Positions 56,221-57,804 of a stretch of DNA of 57,804 nt are shown here, one piece after another (position 1 is the first letter of the stretch; each line of letters starts with the position of its first letter). The stretch lies in contig JAQSWP010000001.1 of assembly GCA_029266575.1 (NCBI GenBank), positions 1-57,804 of the forward strand, in the 5' to 3' direction. A model generated the notes under the pieces. The model saw only the letters and a program-made list of their open reading frames with translations. It was not told the DNA's origin and did no database searches. Origin of the DNA: Alphaproteobacteria bacterium (lineage in GTDB: Bacteria > Pseudomonadota > Alphaproteobacteria > Reyranellales > JAQSWP01). The translations under genes and the position numbers were made by a program.

Positions 56221-57804
56221 TCACCACGTATCGATGTTCGGCCGCTTCTTGTGGGTGCGCGGCGGCGGCGCGGGCACCGAGCGCAAGCCCGACAGCACCC
56301 AGTCGCGCGTGGTGGCGGGGTCGATGACGTTGTCGATCTCGAACAGGCTGGCGGCGCTCAGCGCCTTGCCGCGCTCGTACATGCCGGCGACCATGCGATC
56401 GAACTCCGATTTGCGCCGGGCAGGATCGTCGATGGCGGCCAGTTCGTTGCGGAAGCCGAGTTTGACCGCGCCCTCCAGACCCATGCCGCCGAATTCGCCG
56501 GTCGGCCAAGATACCGAGAAGAACGGCGCGTGGAAGCTGCCGCCGGCCATGCCCTGTGCGCCCAGCCCGTAGGCCTTGCGCAGCACCACGGTGAAGAAGG
56601 GCACGGTGATGTTGGCGGCGGTGACGAAGACGCGGCAGCAATGGCGCACCAGCCCGGTCTTCTCCGCTTCCGGCCCGACCATGTTGCCGGGCGTGTCGCA
56701 CAGGAACAGCAGCGGGATGTCGAAGGCATCGCACAACTGCATGAAACGCGTGGCCTTGTCGGCGCCGTCGCTATCGATAGCGCCGCCCAGATGCTTGGGA
56801 TTGTTGGCGATGATGCCGATCGGTCTTCCCCCGATCCTAGCGAAAGAGGTGATCATGCCGGGACCGAAGCCGCGGCGCAGCTCCAGCACCGAGCCGGAGT
56901 CGCACATGGTCTCGATCACACCGCGCACGTCGTAGACGCGCAGCCGGTTCTCCGGCACGGCACGTCGCAGCAGGCGCTGGTCGGCGCAGTCCCATTCCTT
57001 CAGCGCACCCTGGAAGTAGGACAGATATTTCTTGGCCGCGGTGACGGCTTCGATCTCGTCCTTGACCGCAATATCGACGACGCCATTGGGCACCTGCACG
57101 CTCATCGGCCCGACTTCTTCGGGGCGGAACACGCCCAGCCCGCCGCCTTCGATCATCGCCGGGCCGCCCATGCCGATATTGGAGTTTTCCGTGGCGATGA
57201 TGACGTCGCAGCAGCCCAGCAGCACGGCGTTGCCCGCGAAGCAGCGGCCGGAGGTGACGCCGATCAGCGGCACCAGCGCGCTCAGGCGGCCAAAATCCTG
57301 GAAGGTGCGGATATGCAGGTCGCCCGCGATGATGGCGTCGGTATCGCCCGGTCGCCCGCCGCCGCCTTCGGTGAAGAACACCAGCGGCAGCCGATACTGC
57401 TCGGCGATCTCGAACATGCGGTCTTTCTTGTGGTGGTTCTTTTGGCCCTGCGTGCCGGCCAGCACGGTGTAGTCGTAGGACACGGCGACGGCGCGGGCAG
57501 CCTCGTCGCCGAATTTGTCGCCGTTGATGCGGCCGATGCCCATGACCATGCCGTCGGCCGGCGTGCGGTCGATCAATTCCTCCAGCGAGTGGCGCGTGCG
57601 GCGCGCCGCGACGGTCAGCCCGCCGAATTCGTGGAACGAGCCCGGGTCGCACAATTGCGCGATGTTCTCGCGCGCGGTGCGCTGGCCGGTCTTGCGCCGC
57701 CTGGCCACCGAATCGGGCCGTGCCGCGTCCTCCAGCTGTGCCTGCCGCGCCAGCGTTTCCGCCAGATCGGGCCGGATGGCGTCGAGGTCGATCTGCTCGT
57801 CGCG
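56221..57804 (-). CDS. Acyl-CoA carboxylase, carboxyltransferase domain; 5' part beyond the window (probably a multidomain BC-BCCP-CT enzyme)
   Basis: Frame open to the window end (RDEQIDLDAIRPDLAE...); YDYTVLAGTQG, EGGGGRPGDTD, DTPGNMVGP, WPTGEFGGMGLEGAV. Confidence 0.9.
   Translation of the reverse strand, partial: RDEQIDLDAIRPDLAETLARQAQLEDAARPDSVARRRKTGQRTARENIAQLCDPGSFHEFGGLTVAARRTRHSLEELIDRTPADGMVMGIGRINGDKFGDEAARAVAVSYDYTVLAGTQGQKNHHKKDRMFEIAEQYRLPLVFFTEGGGGRPGDTDAIIAGDLHIRTFQDFGRLSALVPLIGVTSGRCFAGNAVLLGCCDVIIATENSNIGMGGPAMIEGGGLGVFRPEEVGPMSVQVPNGVVDIAVKDEIEAVTAAKKYLSYFQGALKEWDCADQRLLRRAVPENRLRVYDVRGVIETMCDSGSVLELRRGFGPGMITSFARIGGRPIGIIANNPKHLGGAIDSDGADKATRFMQLCDAFDIPLLFLCDTPGNMVGPEAEKTGLVRHCCRVFVTAANITVPFFTVVLRKAYGLGAQGMAGGSFHAPFFSVSWPTGEFGGMGLEGAVKLGFRNELAAIDDPARRKSEFDRMVAGMYERGKALSAASLFEIDNVIDPATTRDWVLSGLRSVPAPPPRTHKKRPNIDTW

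Overview
GC-rich alphaproteobacterial chromosomal segment (Rhodospirillales/Rhizobiales-like by gene content and promoter motifs; inference) with about 60 tightly packed genes. Most act in acyl-CoA, alicyclic or aromatic catabolism: malate synthase, CoA ligases, CaiB/BaiF CoA-transferases, badI-aliB-crotonase, four SDRs, a Baeyer-Villiger monooxygenase, a tcuA-like operon, a thiolase-like protein, two carboxyltransferases and an ACAD-MaoC-CitE cluster. It also holds MFS/Emr transporters and several general-stress genes behind sigma-EcfG-type promoters. I saw no rRNA, tRNA, CRISPR array, transposase or phage genes. The most unusual items are: (i) an intergenic element at 3034-3186 made of a 9-bp tandem array, a 24-bp hairpin whose three imperfections are all G-U pairs, and 26-bp flanking direct repeats, preceded by a prfB-like CTT-TAA site; (ii) a UbiA/DPPR-synthase plus GT-C (AftB-like) gene pair that suggests lipid-linked pentose glycosylation; (iii) an MFS gene broken by a single in-frame TAA; (iv) small genes the ORF track misses or mis-starts (lipoprotein, DUF3309, basic peptide); (v) several palindromic repeat elements and candidate operators. 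All product calls come from recognising motifs by eye, not from database searches.
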